From: a virus
IMG/VR virus record: IMGVR_UViG_3300031857_000082
Coordinates: 23,215 to 87,214 of that record
DNA: 64,000 nucleotides
Strand: one strand, 5' to 3'
The position numbers and the translations under genes are program-made. The first letter of the stretch is position 1; each line of letters starts with the position of its first letter. The notes beneath the pieces are model-generated. The model saw only the letters and a list, made by a program, of their open reading frames with translations. It was not told the DNA's origin and ran no database searches. This document shows positions 10,986 through 21,519 of the stretch, piece by piece.

Positions 10986-11510
10986 TCAATTATAACTTGT
11001 ATTTACATGATAGTCAAACTTGACTATTAGGTCAGTTTGATAAGGGGTTCTTGTAGTATCTAGATTAGTAGCGTCTTTCATATAAGTAACTTGGTATGCA
11101 TTTACGCATTGAAATTTAACATCTGATGGCCCAACAAAGTTATTTATGTCCTCTGCAGCAGCATCTTCCCTGTCTAGAGAAGAAAGCATTATATGCCTCA
11201 TTGCATATACGTCCTCAACACTTGCACCTCTAATTGAGTAAAGCATTTGTTGGGATTTAATAGGATAGAAATACTTATCTTTTCCAGTTCTAGCCTTTAC
11301 AAAATTATCATATAAAATATATGGTCTTGACCCCCATGATATTGCTCCAGCATTTGGATCATTTACGGGGAATATAGGAATAAATCTTCTTCCATTTTCT
11401 ACATATTCATTATAGAAGTCCTCATCATTTAATCTAAATTGTTCCCATACATATTTATTTACTAATACTTCTGGTGTTTTATCGCTTAAATTAGGTATAT
11501 TAATTGTCAA
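10986..11510 (-). CDS. Tail terminator/completion protein (putative)
   Basis: Size and position just before the tail tube gene. Confidence 0.5.
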   Translation of the reverse strand: MTINIPNLSDKTPEVLVNKYVWEQFRLNDEDFYNEYVENGRRFIPIFPVNDPNAGAISWGSRPYILYDNFVKARTGKDKYFYPIKSQQMLYSIRGASVEDVYAMRHIMLSSLDREDAAAEDINNFVGPSDVKFQCVNAYQVTYMKDATNLDTTRTPYQTDLIVKFDYHVNTSYN

Positions 11511-12195
11511 TTTGATCTTCTCCTGGTAATTTTGATATCCAAGAAAGGGCAGTCATTTTTCCTATACCCGCCGCATTTGTACCTTGTAAGGCTTTTTTAA
11601 AGTTTCTTTCATATTCTTTTGGAGACTCAAAATGTTTGTAAAACTTTATTGCCTTTAAGTATACTTGGCTTAAATAGTTATTATAGAATTCTTGAAAGAC
11701 ACTTACAAAGCCACCCCTTGTTTCTGCTCCTCCAGGATTAAGAACTGTTATAGGTCCCATTCTAAAATACTCTAAACCGTCTATTTCGAAAAATAAGGCC
11801 TTTGCTTCCTTTTCCTTGATAACTACTGGGATGCCCTCTTCCATGACCTCTGCTTTGTCGTAAAACGGCTCAGTGGACCCATCCTTGACTGTCTGTGATT
11901 GTAAAAATTCTGCAGTGATTGTAGATCCTCTTCCAGAGGATATAATTCCTAAATCTACCAGTCTTGCTGTTGGGTTTCCTACTTGACCCCATTCATATAT
12001 ATGGTGAAGCATTCCTGGATGCATTCTTGCAACCCCATCTAAGTATTGATAAAAAGCATTAACACTAGTGTTTGCTACTTTTCTATTTATATATCCTTGT
12101 TGTGCTTTTGTTTCAGTAATAAACCCATCTGAGTATTTAACAAGGTTATTTAACATCTTATTTAATTTCTTAGTATCTATTTTTGCTGTAATCAT
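11500..12195 (-). CDS. Neck/tail completion protein (putative)
   Basis: 231 aa with HHIYEW motif; synteny. Confidence 0.45.
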   Translation of the reverse strand: MITAKIDTKKLNKMLNNLVKYSDGFITETKAQQGYINRKVANTSVNAFYQYLDGVARMHPGMLHHIYEWGQVGNPTARLVDLGIISSGRGSTITAEFLQSQTVKDGSTEPFYDKAEVMEEGIPVVIKEKEAKALFFEIDGLEYFRMGPITVLNPGGAETRGGFVSVFQEFYNNYLSQVYLKAIKFYKHFESPKEYERNFKKALQGTNAAGIGKMTALSWISKLPGEDQIDN

Positions 12196-12647
12196 TAGTA
12201 GACTACCTCGTATTGTTTAGTTGATCTAGTTAAGTATCCACGATAGAAATCTACAGCATGAAAGGCGTTGTATGAAGGAACAAAAGATTGAATTTCATAT
12301 TGAGTTTTGGAATCTTCTCTTTCTGTCCATACTACTTTGCCTTCTGAGTCTTTTATGTTAGTAACCAAAACCTCTGTAATAGGGTAGTGTGTTCCACCTT
12401 TTTTTCTTTGAATATCATCAGATGTTCTAAAGGCAATATCAGAGTTATATTGAAAAAAAGCAGTTGTAGACTTTAGTTCACTATTTAATGTTTTATCTGC
12501 CATTGCTGATACGGCTGAGCATTTAACTGTTCTATCAAAAACCCAAGTTCTTTCCATTGTTCCAAAATCGTTCTGTCTAGTTTCTGCATAAAATATTTCA
12601 GCAGTCATAGGATAGAGTATATTATCTATTCCAGCACCTGGGAGCAT
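12195..12647 (-). CDS. Head closure/stopper protein (putative)
   Basis: 150 aa, beta-rich; synteny. Confidence 0.5.
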   Translation of the reverse strand: MLPGAGIDNILYPMTAEIFYAETRQNDFGTMERTWVFDRTVKCSAVSAMADKTLNSELKSTTAFFQYNSDIAFRTSDDIQRKKGGTHYPITEVLVTNIKDSEGKVVWTEREDSKTQYEIQSFVPSYNAFHAVDFYRGYLTRSTKQYEVVY

Positions 12648-13544
12648 TTACAACACCCCAACACGAATTGGTCTCTTATATCTCTCCAAGATCCTGTCAA
12701 CTATAAGGTTGCCAGTTGTGGCCGTCCAATTTTTAGCAAACTTAATCTTAAAATCATCATTATCAAAGGATTCAATATATCTATTTATATATTTGATATT
12801 ATCTTTAAATATATCTTGAACCAATAGTTCACATGCTTCTTGAATATCTTGTGGTATAACCTTCCATCCATAATCAGCATCTACGATATATTCATACCCT
12901 TCAAAAAAGTCTACATCTAAGAATCTATCTCTCCATACCTTCTTATAGTTTATTCTATTTGATTCTGGGATATCTAATACTATGGCATTTAATTGTTTAT
13001 TAATCATATAGTCTGCCTCGTTATTTTGAGAAGAGGCATCATACATCAATTCTCCATTTTCATAAATCTTGTATAGGTTATGAATTTTTTCGTCTATAAG
13101 TAATTCATCTGTTCCTGTGCCAATAAATTCTTTTTCTTTTCTGATATATCCAAAGCCGTCTGTGTGTGAGTCAATTATGTATCTTGCTAGTCTTTCGTAT
13201 TCAACTATGCTATTTCTTTCTACAGTTGTAAGAGTTGTTGTCTTTCCGTATAACTTTAGGCCTGTAGCATCTATATTGCAGTATGGCCTTACTATTTCAA
13301 TATTTGTAATATTTACAATGTCATTTTGAGGATCTTTTACTGTTGCTACCAGGGAGCCTGTATAAGTTAAATAATGCTCTGGTATTGAGAATACCACTAC
13401 ACCAGATCCATTTGAATTTGCACTTGCTGAATATGACTGTGAGGTTATTAAGTCATCTAATTCTATTTTATAATTTACGCTTGAACTTAATCCAGAAAAT
13501 GATGCAGACAAACTTGTTGTGTTATTCAATCTTAAAAGTTCCAT
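12648..13544 (-). CDS. Head-to-tail adaptor (putative)
   Basis: YGWKVIPQDIQEACELL and TGNLIVDRILERY connector-like motifs; follows the capsid gene. Confidence 0.6.
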   Translation of the reverse strand: MELLRLNNTTSLSASFSGLSSSVNYKIELDDLITSQSYSASANSNGSGVVVFSIPEHYLTYTGSLVATVKDPQNDIVNITNIEIVRPYCNIDATGLKLYGKTTTLTTVERNSIVEYERLARYIIDSHTDGFGYIRKEKEFIGTGTDELLIDEKIHNLYKIYENGELMYDASSQNNEADYMINKQLNAIVLDIPESNRINYKKVWRDRFLDVDFFEGYEYIVDADYGWKVIPQDIQEACELLVQDIFKDNIKYINRYIESFDNDDFKIKFAKNWTATTGNLIVDRILERYKRPIRVGVL

Positions 13545-13573
13545 GTGCACCTCTAAATTATTATATCATTTAT

Positions 13574-13607
13574 AAAAAATAAGAGGGGAGTATCTCTACC
13601 CCCCTCT
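13574..13607 (-). terminator. Intrinsic terminator after capsid gene
   Basis: AGAGGGG/CCCCTCT stem plus T tract. Confidence 0.65.
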
Positions 13608-13625
13608 CTGATTTCGTAAAGCAAA

Positions 13626-14606
13626 TTATGCTGTACGTGCGATTGCATCAGTTTCTTCGATTTGAACACCGAAACGTAAGAATACAGTATATTCTACTGT
13701 GTCTTTCTTAGGTTGGAATTCACGATGAACTGTGATATCTCTTTGGAAACCCCAAATTCTATTTTCAGGGAATGTCAAAGTGATACGGTTTGCAGGCATC
13801 AAAGGAACTTCCAATAAAGGAAGACCTAATACACGGTACTGGATTGGAGCACCTAGTATTTGTGGTTCTTGGCCAGCAACAACTCTTTCAACGATTCTTT
13901 CGCTGTTCAAGTTGCCTGAAGATCCAAGGCCATTGATGATGTTTGATACTGTTTCTGTATCTGCATAGAACTTCATTGCTGCACGTGAGGCACGGTATTT
14001 ACGAGGCATTGCAAGCACAAGTGCTTGTAAGTCTTCGATATTTGTACCAAATGTTGCAGTGTTTGTTGAAGTATTTTCTTTTGTGACAAATCCTTCAAGG
14101 ATGTTTAGGAACGCATTTGATCCTGTTCCAGTTCCGTTGATTGCAAGATCTTCAAGATCGTTTGCAAACGCACGGGTCATGGTACGGACTAAGTGGTCTT
14201 CTAAACCTGCTCCTTCTAGGTTGTCTTCTAGTGCTTCTGTTGATACTTCCCAATCAAGACGAATCTTCTTTGTTGAAAGTTCAACCTTTGTGAAAGTTAC
14301 GCCAGCGTTTGTGTAAGTTGCATCTGCTTGTGCAGCGGCACGGATTACACGTTCGCCTACGTTTAACTTTTCAAGTTCTGAAGCGTTTGTACGCATTGTT
14401 ACTCTGCGTCCATCTCTTGCAAGAACTTGTTGTTCGAAAATGTATTCGATAAATTGGCGTGATTGCTCAGGAGCAAGAATACCGCCGTCATTAGCGGCAC
14501 TTCCTGCGACACCAAGGTCTCCTGCGGCTGGGGTTGTTACACCACCAATACCACCAGAAACGATAGATCCTGTAGCAGCAGCCTTTTCTAAAATTTCATC
14601 TGCCAT
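13626..14606 (-). CDS. Major capsid protein (HK97 fold)
   Basis: 326 aa; GGILAPEQ, EVSTEALEDN and DLEDLAINGTG motifs. Confidence 0.9.
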   Translation of the reverse strand: MADEILEKAAATGSIVSGGIGGVTTPAAGDLGVAGSAANDGGILAPEQSRQFIEYIFEQQVLARDGRRVTMRTNASELEKLNVGERVIRAAAQADATYTNAGVTFTKVELSTKKIRLDWEVSTEALEDNLEGAGLEDHLVRTMTRAFANDLEDLAINGTGTGSNAFLNILEGFVTKENTSTNTATFGTNIEDLQALVLAMPRKYRASRAAMKFYADTETVSNIINGLGSSGNLNSERIVERVVAGQEPQILGAPIQYRVLGLPLLEVPLMPANRITLTFPENRIWGFQRDITVHREFQPKKDTVEYTVFLRFGVQIEETDAIARTA

Positions 14607-14628
14607 AATATTTTCACCTCCCAGTGAA

Positions 14629-15240
14629 TTAACGATATAGGTCAGCGGAATTGAGGAAACGCCCGCCCCACATCGATCCTTTTCTTATTTGTGTTTCCTG
14701 AACGACCCCGCCGAGGTCGCCAGACTTACGGACAGCGGTATCGTCTTCTAGTGAGTCGACACGCTTTCCAAACTCATCAACATTGTTTTTTACTCCTGCA
14801 ATTTCCTCTTTTGCGGAAACAATGCTTTTTTGTAGTTCTGTCATTTTTTCGTTAAGTGACTTAACTGTTGCCACCAAATCTCCAAGTGCTGAAGCAACTG
14901 TATTTTGAACCTCGTCAATAGATTCTTGTACTGTATCTACAGCCTTTGCCAATTCTGCGTCTTCGCTATCTTCGGCGGGAGTGGCGGCATCTTCTGCTGG
15001 TGCATCTGTTGCTGCTTCTGCTGGTGCATCTGCTGCTTCTGCTGGTGCATCTGCGGCTGGTGCTACTGCTTCTGCTGGTGCTTCTTCTGCACTATCAGAT
15101 TTTTCAATGTTTTCTTCGGTAGCAACTTCTTCAGCGGCTGGTGCTTCTGCTGCAACTTCTGCTGCGGCTGGTGCATCTGCGGCTGGTGTTTCAACAACTT
15201 CTTCAGTTGCTGGTGCTACTTCTACATTTTCTTCTGCCAT
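14629..15240 (-). CDS. Nested in-frame scaffold protein (internal start)
   Basis: AAGGAGGGG RBS just upstream of the in-frame ATG (MAEENVEV...). Confidence 0.6.
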   Translation of the reverse strand: MAEENVEVAPATEEVVETPAADAPAAAEVAAEAPAAEEVATEENIEKSDSAEEAPAEAVAPAADAPAEAADAPAEAATDAPAEDAATPAEDSEDAELAKAVDTVQESIDEVQNTVASALGDLVATVKSLNEKMTELQKSIVSAKEEIAGVKNNVDEFGKRVDSLEDDTAVRKSGDLGGVVQETQIRKGSMWGGRFLNSADLYR

Positions 15241-16023
15241 ATTATTCCCCTCCTTATCAGGATTTTCAGCCTTGGTTATTTTTTCACCAAGTCCAATTTT
15301 CTGCGATTTCAATAAATCTTTGATCACAGAATTCTTTTCAGTATCGTTTGATTCTACAAAGCCTATATTTATCATATGTTTTTCACATGATGGACATGAA
15401 GAATCTTCTTCTTGAGAAAGTCTTACTAGGGAATCTGATTCGCACCAGTAAACATTTTCAAGATCTACTTTACTAATAATACCATCTATTTTGTTTGTAC
15501 CGTCTGCTACTTTTTCAATTGACACAATATTGGCAAATTGATTAGCAGGATTGTCTACTAATGAAAGTTCGTGTAGGTCATATTCTTTAATAACCCTAAT
15601 TGCTTTATCCATCTTGGAGTCATACATTTCTTCAGAATCTTTAATGCTACCACCAATAGAAAAGCCAGAAAGAGTACCATCAAGAACTTTTTCCCAAGTG
15701 TCTTGAGCACCTTTTGATATATATGCATTTACGAATACTCCATTGTAAAATTTGTCTTCTTCTTTATTATAAAATTTATCTGATTTAAATGACACTACCC
15801 TGCCGACTGCGATAGGCATGTGCATTTCACGTAGGTTGCCACGGAATCTTTCAAACGCTTTAATACTGACATCGGTTGGAACGATGTCTGCTTGCTTGTC
15901 AATGTTGTCAAGGGTTGCAAAACCAGAAACTGTTCGTTTCTCTTTATCGACTTTAGCGATTGGCATGGACAACTTGATGCTGTTGTCTTCTGAGTGCCAA
16001 AATGCTTTATGCAAATTAGTCAT
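14629..16023 (-). CDS. Prohead protease fused to scaffold
   Basis: HK97-type protease motifs (EMH, GFSIGG, ELSLVDNPAN), then an acidic Ala/Pro/Glu linker and a coiled coil. Confidence 0.85.
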   Translation of the reverse strand: MTNLHKAFWHSEDNSIKLSMPIAKVDKEKRTVSGFATLDNIDKQADIVPTDVSIKAFERFRGNLREMHMPIAVGRVVSFKSDKFYNKEEDKFYNGVFVNAYISKGAQDTWEKVLDGTLSGFSIGGSIKDSEEMYDSKMDKAIRVIKEYDLHELSLVDNPANQFANIVSIEKVADGTNKIDGIISKVDLENVYWCESDSLVRLSQEEDSSCPSCEKHMINIGFVESNDTEKNSVIKDLLKSQKIGLGEKITKAENPDKEGNNMAEENVEVAPATEEVVETPAADAPAAAEVAAEAPAAEEVATEENIEKSDSAEEAPAEAVAPAADAPAEAADAPAEAATDAPAEDAATPAEDSEDAELAKAVDTVQESIDEVQNTVASALGDLVATVKSLNEKMTELQKSIVSAKEEIAGVKNNVDEFGKRVDSLEDDTAVRKSGDLGGVVQETQIRKGSMWGGRFLNSADLYR

Positions 16024-16074
16024 ACTACCTCTATTATAATTAGTCTTTATAGGGCTTTACAATATTATAACAAA

Positions 16075-17631
16075 TTATTCTTGAGATCTACCTTCACCCT
16101 GGGCATTTCGTCCAGTAGTGGTGGATGCAGAATCGGAAGCATTATCTGTTCTCTGTTGGTCTCTACTTCTATTTCCAGTTGATTGAGCGACTTGTTCTGC
16201 TCTGGCTTGTGCACCTAGAACAATGGGGTCTGAGCCGCCAGGTCTAACTGGATACCCTAATCTTTCACGAACTTCATTTGGAACAACTACCTGCATACGT
16301 AGGTATCTCTCGTCAATTTGACTTTGAGTTTGTTCGTCTGTCAATGTTAGTTCATTGAATTTAAGGGCAAGCATATCTGTTTTTTCCTTAACAATCTTGT
16401 TAATGGTTTTTTCTAGATTTCTTTGTGCTGGTCTTGCTACTTGTTCCTTAAATGTTCTATCTGCCACCAATGCTGATGCGATAGAAACTCCCGCTCCACC
16501 ACCAACTTTTGAATAAGGCACTTGGTGTGCCATTAAGATATCGTCACGATTTGACTTACGGTATTTTTCAAACGATCCGTCTTGAATACCATTCTCAATT
16601 GGTTTTAGATCAAAATCTACTTTATTATCTGGTCCATCTCCAGGAAGAGGGATGTAGAGTGTTCTGTGGTTTTGTCCACGAAGTCCAGCCTGCATGAATC
16701 TAAAGAACTTATCTTCTGCTTCTGGGCTAAGTTTTGCACCCTTTACCAAGGCAATGTATCTAGGAACTGCTTTGTTTTCAAAGTAATCAACATTGTATTT
16801 TGCTGCTAGTTCATTACCAACCATAGAAGTTGCTGCTGACACTGTATCTGGAACTCCATAGTATGAGTTCTTTGGAGAATACTTTTTAATATGAATTAGT
16901 TCATTTGGCCTATTGTCGCTTGTTACAGGGTTGATATTTCTTTGTTCTTGGAAGTTTCTAAAGTATACTACCTTTTGATTTACTATTTGAATATACCCGT
17001 CACGCATACGGCGTACACGAATTGTGGTTGCTGGGATATGACCAATGTAACCAATATCTCCATTTACTTTTCTACCAATTTCAATGTATCCATTACCTAC
17101 TGTTTCAACATCTGTATATACTTTTTCTAAAACATGTGTAAATGTATCTTCATCATTTAGGCTTTCTAGCCATTCGGTCATTTGAGCCTTAGTTCTTTGA
17201 ATCTTTCTTTGTGCCCTCATTAATTGATCTTCTGATTCTGACTCTTCTAATTTTGCAACTGTTGAATCAGTCATTTCAAAACTATATCCTAGCCCAACTG
17301 TATTGGCAACCTTTGCATTAATAGCGGCATGATTAGCATATGAATTTTCATAAAAGTATGCCAACTCATCTAGGTTATATGGTGGAAGGACTACGTCAAA
17401 AAGACCATAGGCTGTAACCATATCCATTTCTGGAAATAGTTGTTTTGATTTAGTATCGTCTATTCCTTGAAATGCTTTATTAACTGTTCTTGAAATTTTG
17501 CGTTTAAAATTTTGATGTAGCCCATCATAGGACTTTACAAGTTCTCCATCTGTTGTAAATGGATCGACCTTAGTTTTCTTTTCAACCTTGTCTAAATTAT
17601 CTATCCTTGCTATTGCTTCGTTATCTTCCAT
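16075..17631 (-). CDS. Portal protein
   Basis: GNGYIEIGR, YYGVPD and PNEVRERLG portal motifs; precedes the protease. Confidence 0.9.
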   Translation of the reverse strand: MEDNEAIARIDNLDKVEKKTKVDPFTTDGELVKSYDGLHQNFKRKISRTVNKAFQGIDDTKSKQLFPEMDMVTAYGLFDVVLPPYNLDELAYFYENSYANHAAINAKVANTVGLGYSFEMTDSTVAKLEESESEDQLMRAQRKIQRTKAQMTEWLESLNDEDTFTHVLEKVYTDVETVGNGYIEIGRKVNGDIGYIGHIPATTIRVRRMRDGYIQIVNQKVVYFRNFQEQRNINPVTSDNRPNELIHIKKYSPKNSYYGVPDTVSAATSMVGNELAAKYNVDYFENKAVPRYIALVKGAKLSPEAEDKFFRFMQAGLRGQNHRTLYIPLPGDGPDNKVDFDLKPIENGIQDGSFEKYRKSNRDDILMAHQVPYSKVGGGAGVSIASALVADRTFKEQVARPAQRNLEKTINKIVKEKTDMLALKFNELTLTDEQTQSQIDERYLRMQVVVPNEVRERLGYPVRPGGSDPIVLGAQARAEQVAQSTGNRSRDQQRTDNASDSASTTTGRNAQGEGRSQE

Positions 17632-17986
17632 GTTTTCTAAAACCTTCTTCTGCTGCCATCCAGGCACCGATATCTGTTTGACTTGGGATTAAGCCATCTT
17701 TCATTCTTTGTGTTTGTTCTGCATATTCTTCATCTGTAACTCTAGTCACACCAGCCATGAATTCTACTTTGCCTTCTGGAGCACCATAGTACTCTGCTGC
17801 TTTTCTTATCTTTGACATTTTTTCAATATCATAAGGTCTTCCAGGGATATTCATTATATTTCCCTTGCCATCTCCAAAGGGCTTGCCATCAAAGTCACAT
17901 TTCCAGACATATATGCCCCAGTCAGACTTTTTTTCTACTACACTTACTCTAGGCTTACCATTATTTTTTAATTTCTTTGGATTCAT
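17621..17986 (-). CDS. Hypothetical protein upstream of portal
   Basis: 121-aa ORF; TATACT 7 nt upstream of the start. Confidence 0.6.
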   Translation of the reverse strand: MNPKKLKNNGKPRVSVVEKKSDWGIYVWKCDFDGKPFGDGKGNIMNIPGRPYDIEKMSKIRKAAEYYGAPEGKVEFMAGVTRVTDEEYAEQTQRMKDGLIPSQTDIGAWMAAEEGFRKHGR

Positions 17987-18004
17987 GTACTCAAGTATAC
18001 CATA

Positions 18005-21000
18005 TTAAACTGCAGTGACATCTTTTTTGACCCAGGTTACGTTAGTTAATGCATCAAAACCATCTGAATTTGTTACAGCAGTTGCAGAATCATCAAATAC
18101 TTGTTCAGAAAGACCTAGATAAGTCTTAAAAGTACTGTCTCCTGTTTGAGAAACGATATCTGTAATAGCAATTTCTCCCCATTGTTGCCAAGTTAGTGGT
18201 GTTGCTAACTGTGTTGGATAGTCCCAGTTTTGATCATCTATGTTTGTCCACTGCAAGCCAGTAGTTAACTTTGAGAAGAAGTTAACAAATTCTTGTTGGA
18301 AGAATGCTATATTGTTGGCCAAGAATCCTTCATATATTTCAAACTTGCCCTTTTTACTATTAAGAGTTATGTCTGTACTATCTGTAAATGATATTAATAT
18401 AGATGTCCATTCTAATGGGACGACTTTCATTTCATCTATAATTCTTCCATTAACAAAGAACTTGGCTCCTGTGTATAAAACATTATTCTTATAGACTTTT
18501 AGGCTACCCCTTTTTCCATTTAATTCTGGAACTAGGTATATATCGTAATAATCATTGATTCCAGCATTTGCCTCTGTTGCTATAATCGTTCCCATTTTTT
18601 GGGTAGAAGATATAGTTTTATCTTTGTTATAAAACATCCAGAACTGTAGACCAGTTAATTTGTAAGAGGAGGCCTCGTGGTCGTTTATTGGAAATGAAAG
18701 ACCTCTTAGTTTTGTAGATTGATATGGCAAAACTGCTATTCCAGAGTCACCAGTTAAATATAGATAAGGGGTTGAATCTCTATATATTGTAAATGGGTTC
18801 TTTTCTTTATAGTCATAATTTAATCCAGATCTAGTAAATGGAATTATGGAGTGTCCACTCCTAGTGCCTATCTTATATTCAGAAGTTTCATCAAATGCTA
18901 ATGAGGTTAGAGACATTCTTTTAATATTGACTGGCTTACTTTTTATACCTCTTACTCTCATTTCTAAATGAATGGTTATATAGTAGTTTTCAAAATCTAT
19001 AAGTTCTTTAGGTGGATAGATGATTGTTCCATCTACTACCTCAAATTTTTTAGTAAGAGTTGAAAATTCTGGGACTAAGTCAAGGACTCTTGATGCACCT
19101 ATATTTTGAGTATTGGTATAACTTGAATATGTTTTCTTACCTACCAGTTTAAAATCTTGTAGTGTTATATATGACTTCATACTAAATGCGTCTGCAACAG
19201 ATGCTGAGTTTGTCATTGTTATTGGTCCTGGAACATCTATATTAAATTGAATTAAATCTAAATCATAATATGGAGAGGAGTTTGTATCCTGAACATATGT
19301 TCCAAAGTATGAAAGGGGTAATGAATCTTCCCAATATCCAGCAGACCCTATATCAAAAAATATTTCCCCATAAGAACTTATTGGAAGAAATGTATAACTA
19401 CCAACGTAAGTAAATGGGTATAGACCTTCATTGTTAGCCTCTGCCTCAGTAAAGAACATAGTTCCATTGGTATTTATTAGTTCTGAAGTGTCCTTTATGG
19501 TAAACATCTTATTATTAAATGTTAATGATCTTATCTTTCCTGTAAAGACTTTATCTTCATACCCGCCTAGGTTTAATGATACATTTTGAGGATTATTAAA
19601 AAAGTTTCCTATAATAGCAAAATTGCTTTTAATTAACTCTTCTAACTCAATACCAACAAATAGGTCCTGAGATGCTGATGCTGAATAGTTTGCTATTTGA
19701 TATGTAGATGCTGATGTTTGAAATTCATAACTAAGTCCACTTTGACTCAAGCATATTTTAAACTTGTCAGAAGTAAATGAGTTGGTAAATGTCATTATAG
19801 GCTCTCTGTTTGAATAAGTAGGCAAAGACTGTGGTGCTTCAAATACTCCAAAGATAGACGCTACTGGACTATTTATTGTATTTATAGAATTAAAATATAT
19901 TGATCCGAGAACATTATCGTAAGAAGCATTTGGCCTCATTTTGATAAAGGTAGGTTCTCCATTTTGAATATTGTAATTGTCTATTAAAAAGTTATTAGAT
20001 ATATCATCATCTATTGTTACAGATGCTGAGGTATAAGAAAACTTAATTTCTGGAAGTTCATAATCAACAAAAGAAAGAGATCTTGAGTTACCGTTTAGAT
20101 TTGAAAAAAATCCAGAAGACCATCTGTTCATATCTGGATAGGTCATTGAGGATGTATATTTTGCAAATGGAAAGTCAACAAAGAAAGATTCTCCTTTAAA
20201 GTCGCTTACTATTTCTTCTGGGTTATCCACAGCCTGTGCATAAACAAACCTTCTTCTTGCTATTTGTTCTGGAACAATATATGGATAGATTGCAACAGCA
20301 TCTAATTCAAATGGATAAACCGTATTGTGGGAATAAAATCCTAACCAATCATGACTTGAACTAGCAAAATTTACATTATTTACATCTATGTCCATGTCTA
20401 TAACTAAGTCTCCATTTAACAAAACACTAACATTAGAACTGGTATATCTAATATCTAATAACATTGGCCTATACCATTTGCCAACAAAATATGATTTTGT
20501 ATAAGATCCTACCTTTAATGTTAAAAATTCTTGTTCTACATAAAGTCCATCTGAATTACTTACTGGGCCAAATACTCTTATTGGCTCTTGAGAATCTGTG
20601 TAAACTCTTATCCAAAATTCTGCAGTTAGGTTTTTATACTTGCCGTTATCATTTAAAAATGTTTTTCCAGGTATTGCTATTGACGGAACTCCTGAATCAA
20701 TTGGACTATTAACCCTGGTTATATTTCCAGATCCAAATACCATAGGAAGGCTTGTATTGTTAGCAAGCATTTTATTTCTATTTATAAAATAGTACCCTGT
20801 GTCTTCATCGTTAAATCCGTATGGTTGTATTTGAGATACTTTATAGGCACTAGCATTTACCGATATAGCACTAGATAAAGAATTGTCTGATAGTACTATT
20901 GGCTTAGTTCCAGAGGTGTCTCTGTTGTAAACTTCAGACCATTGAGCAAACGATACTCCATTAAAATAAACGTTAAAGTTAGATCCAGTAGATTCAAAAT

Positions 21001-21490
21001 TTAAATAACCAACTCTTACTATTGGTTTGAATGTTGATGATGTTGGAATATCTACTGAGTAAGAAGCGTGTGTCCATGTTGAGGGACTTTCGTTTTCAAA
21101 TCTTTTATAAGTAACGCTTCCAGATACATCTATCCCTAAATCTATATAGTCTACTGTTGTTCCAGAAAAAAACCAGGTACTTAAAGATATTGATCTTTTA
21201 TCTGTATCTATATTTGATTCAGTAAAATAGGTTGGAAAAGTTGAGGTTGTAACTGATACGCTTGCAGACTTTGTAATATAAGATAAGCCGTCTTCTAATA
21301 TTGGTCTATTTGGGTATGTAGAAGATGCTACCGAAGCAGATGTCCCACCCGAAGTATTCCAGGTAGATAGGCTCTGAGTGGAGGCACTAAGTAGATTTGT
21401 AAAAGCAAAATCTTCATCTAGTGTCCATAAGGCTATTGGATGTTCTGCAAATATTTTTGAAGCATATAGATTAGAAACGGTATATGACAT
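18005..21490 (-). CDS. Large virion structural protein with LamG/carbohydrate-binding-like domains (putative)
   Basis: 1161 aa, beta-rich; HPIALWTLDE and TAEFWIR LamG-like motifs. Confidence 0.55.
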   Translation of the reverse strand: MSYTVSNLYASKIFAEHPIALWTLDEDFAFTNLLSASTQSLSTWNTSGGTSASVASSTYPNRPILEDGLSYITKSASVSVTTSTFPTYFTESNIDTDKRSISLSTWFFSGTTVDYIDLGIDVSGSVTYKRFENESPSTWTHASYSVDIPTSSTFKPIVRVGYLNFESTGSNFNVYFNGVSFAQWSEVYNRDTSGTKPIVLSDNSLSSAISVNASAYKVSQIQPYGFNDEDTGYYFINRNKMLANNTSLPMVFGSGNITRVNSPIDSGVPSIAIPGKTFLNDNGKYKNLTAEFWIRVYTDSQEPIRVFGPVSNSDGLYVEQEFLTLKVGSYTKSYFVGKWYRPMLLDIRYTSSNVSVLLNGDLVIDMDIDVNNVNFASSSHDWLGFYSHNTVYPFELDAVAIYPYIVPEQIARRRFVYAQAVDNPEEIVSDFKGESFFVDFPFAKYTSSMTYPDMNRWSSGFFSNLNGNSRSLSFVDYELPEIKFSYTSASVTIDDDISNNFLIDNYNIQNGEPTFIKMRPNASYDNVLGSIYFNSINTINSPVASIFGVFEAPQSLPTYSNREPIMTFTNSFTSDKFKICLSQSGLSYEFQTSASTYQIANYSASASQDLFVGIELEELIKSNFAIIGNFFNNPQNVSLNLGGYEDKVFTGKIRSLTFNNKMFTIKDTSELINTNGTMFFTEAEANNEGLYPFTYVGSYTFLPISSYGEIFFDIGSAGYWEDSLPLSYFGTYVQDTNSSPYYDLDLIQFNIDVPGPITMTNSASVADAFSMKSYITLQDFKLVGKKTYSSYTNTQNIGASRVLDLVPEFSTLTKKFEVVDGTIIYPPKELIDFENYYITIHLEMRVRGIKSKPVNIKRMSLTSLAFDETSEYKIGTRSGHSIIPFTRSGLNYDYKEKNPFTIYRDSTPYLYLTGDSGIAVLPYQSTKLRGLSFPINDHEASSYKLTGLQFWMFYNKDKTISSTQKMGTIIATEANAGINDYYDIYLVPELNGKRGSLKVYKNNVLYTGAKFFVNGRIIDEMKVVPLEWTSILISFTDSTDITLNSKKGKFEIYEGFLANNIAFFQQEFVNFFSKLTTGLQWTNIDDQNWDYPTQLATPLTWQQWGEIAITDIVSQTGDSTFKTYLGLSEQVFDDSATAVTNSDGFDALTNVTWVKKDVTAV

Positions 21491-21519
21491 TTTTACCTCT
21501 AATCTATTTTAGCATGCGG

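Noticed and set aside
14990-15190. Tandem 18-21-nt repeats
   Set aside because: Explained by the low-complexity ADAPAEA scaffold linker
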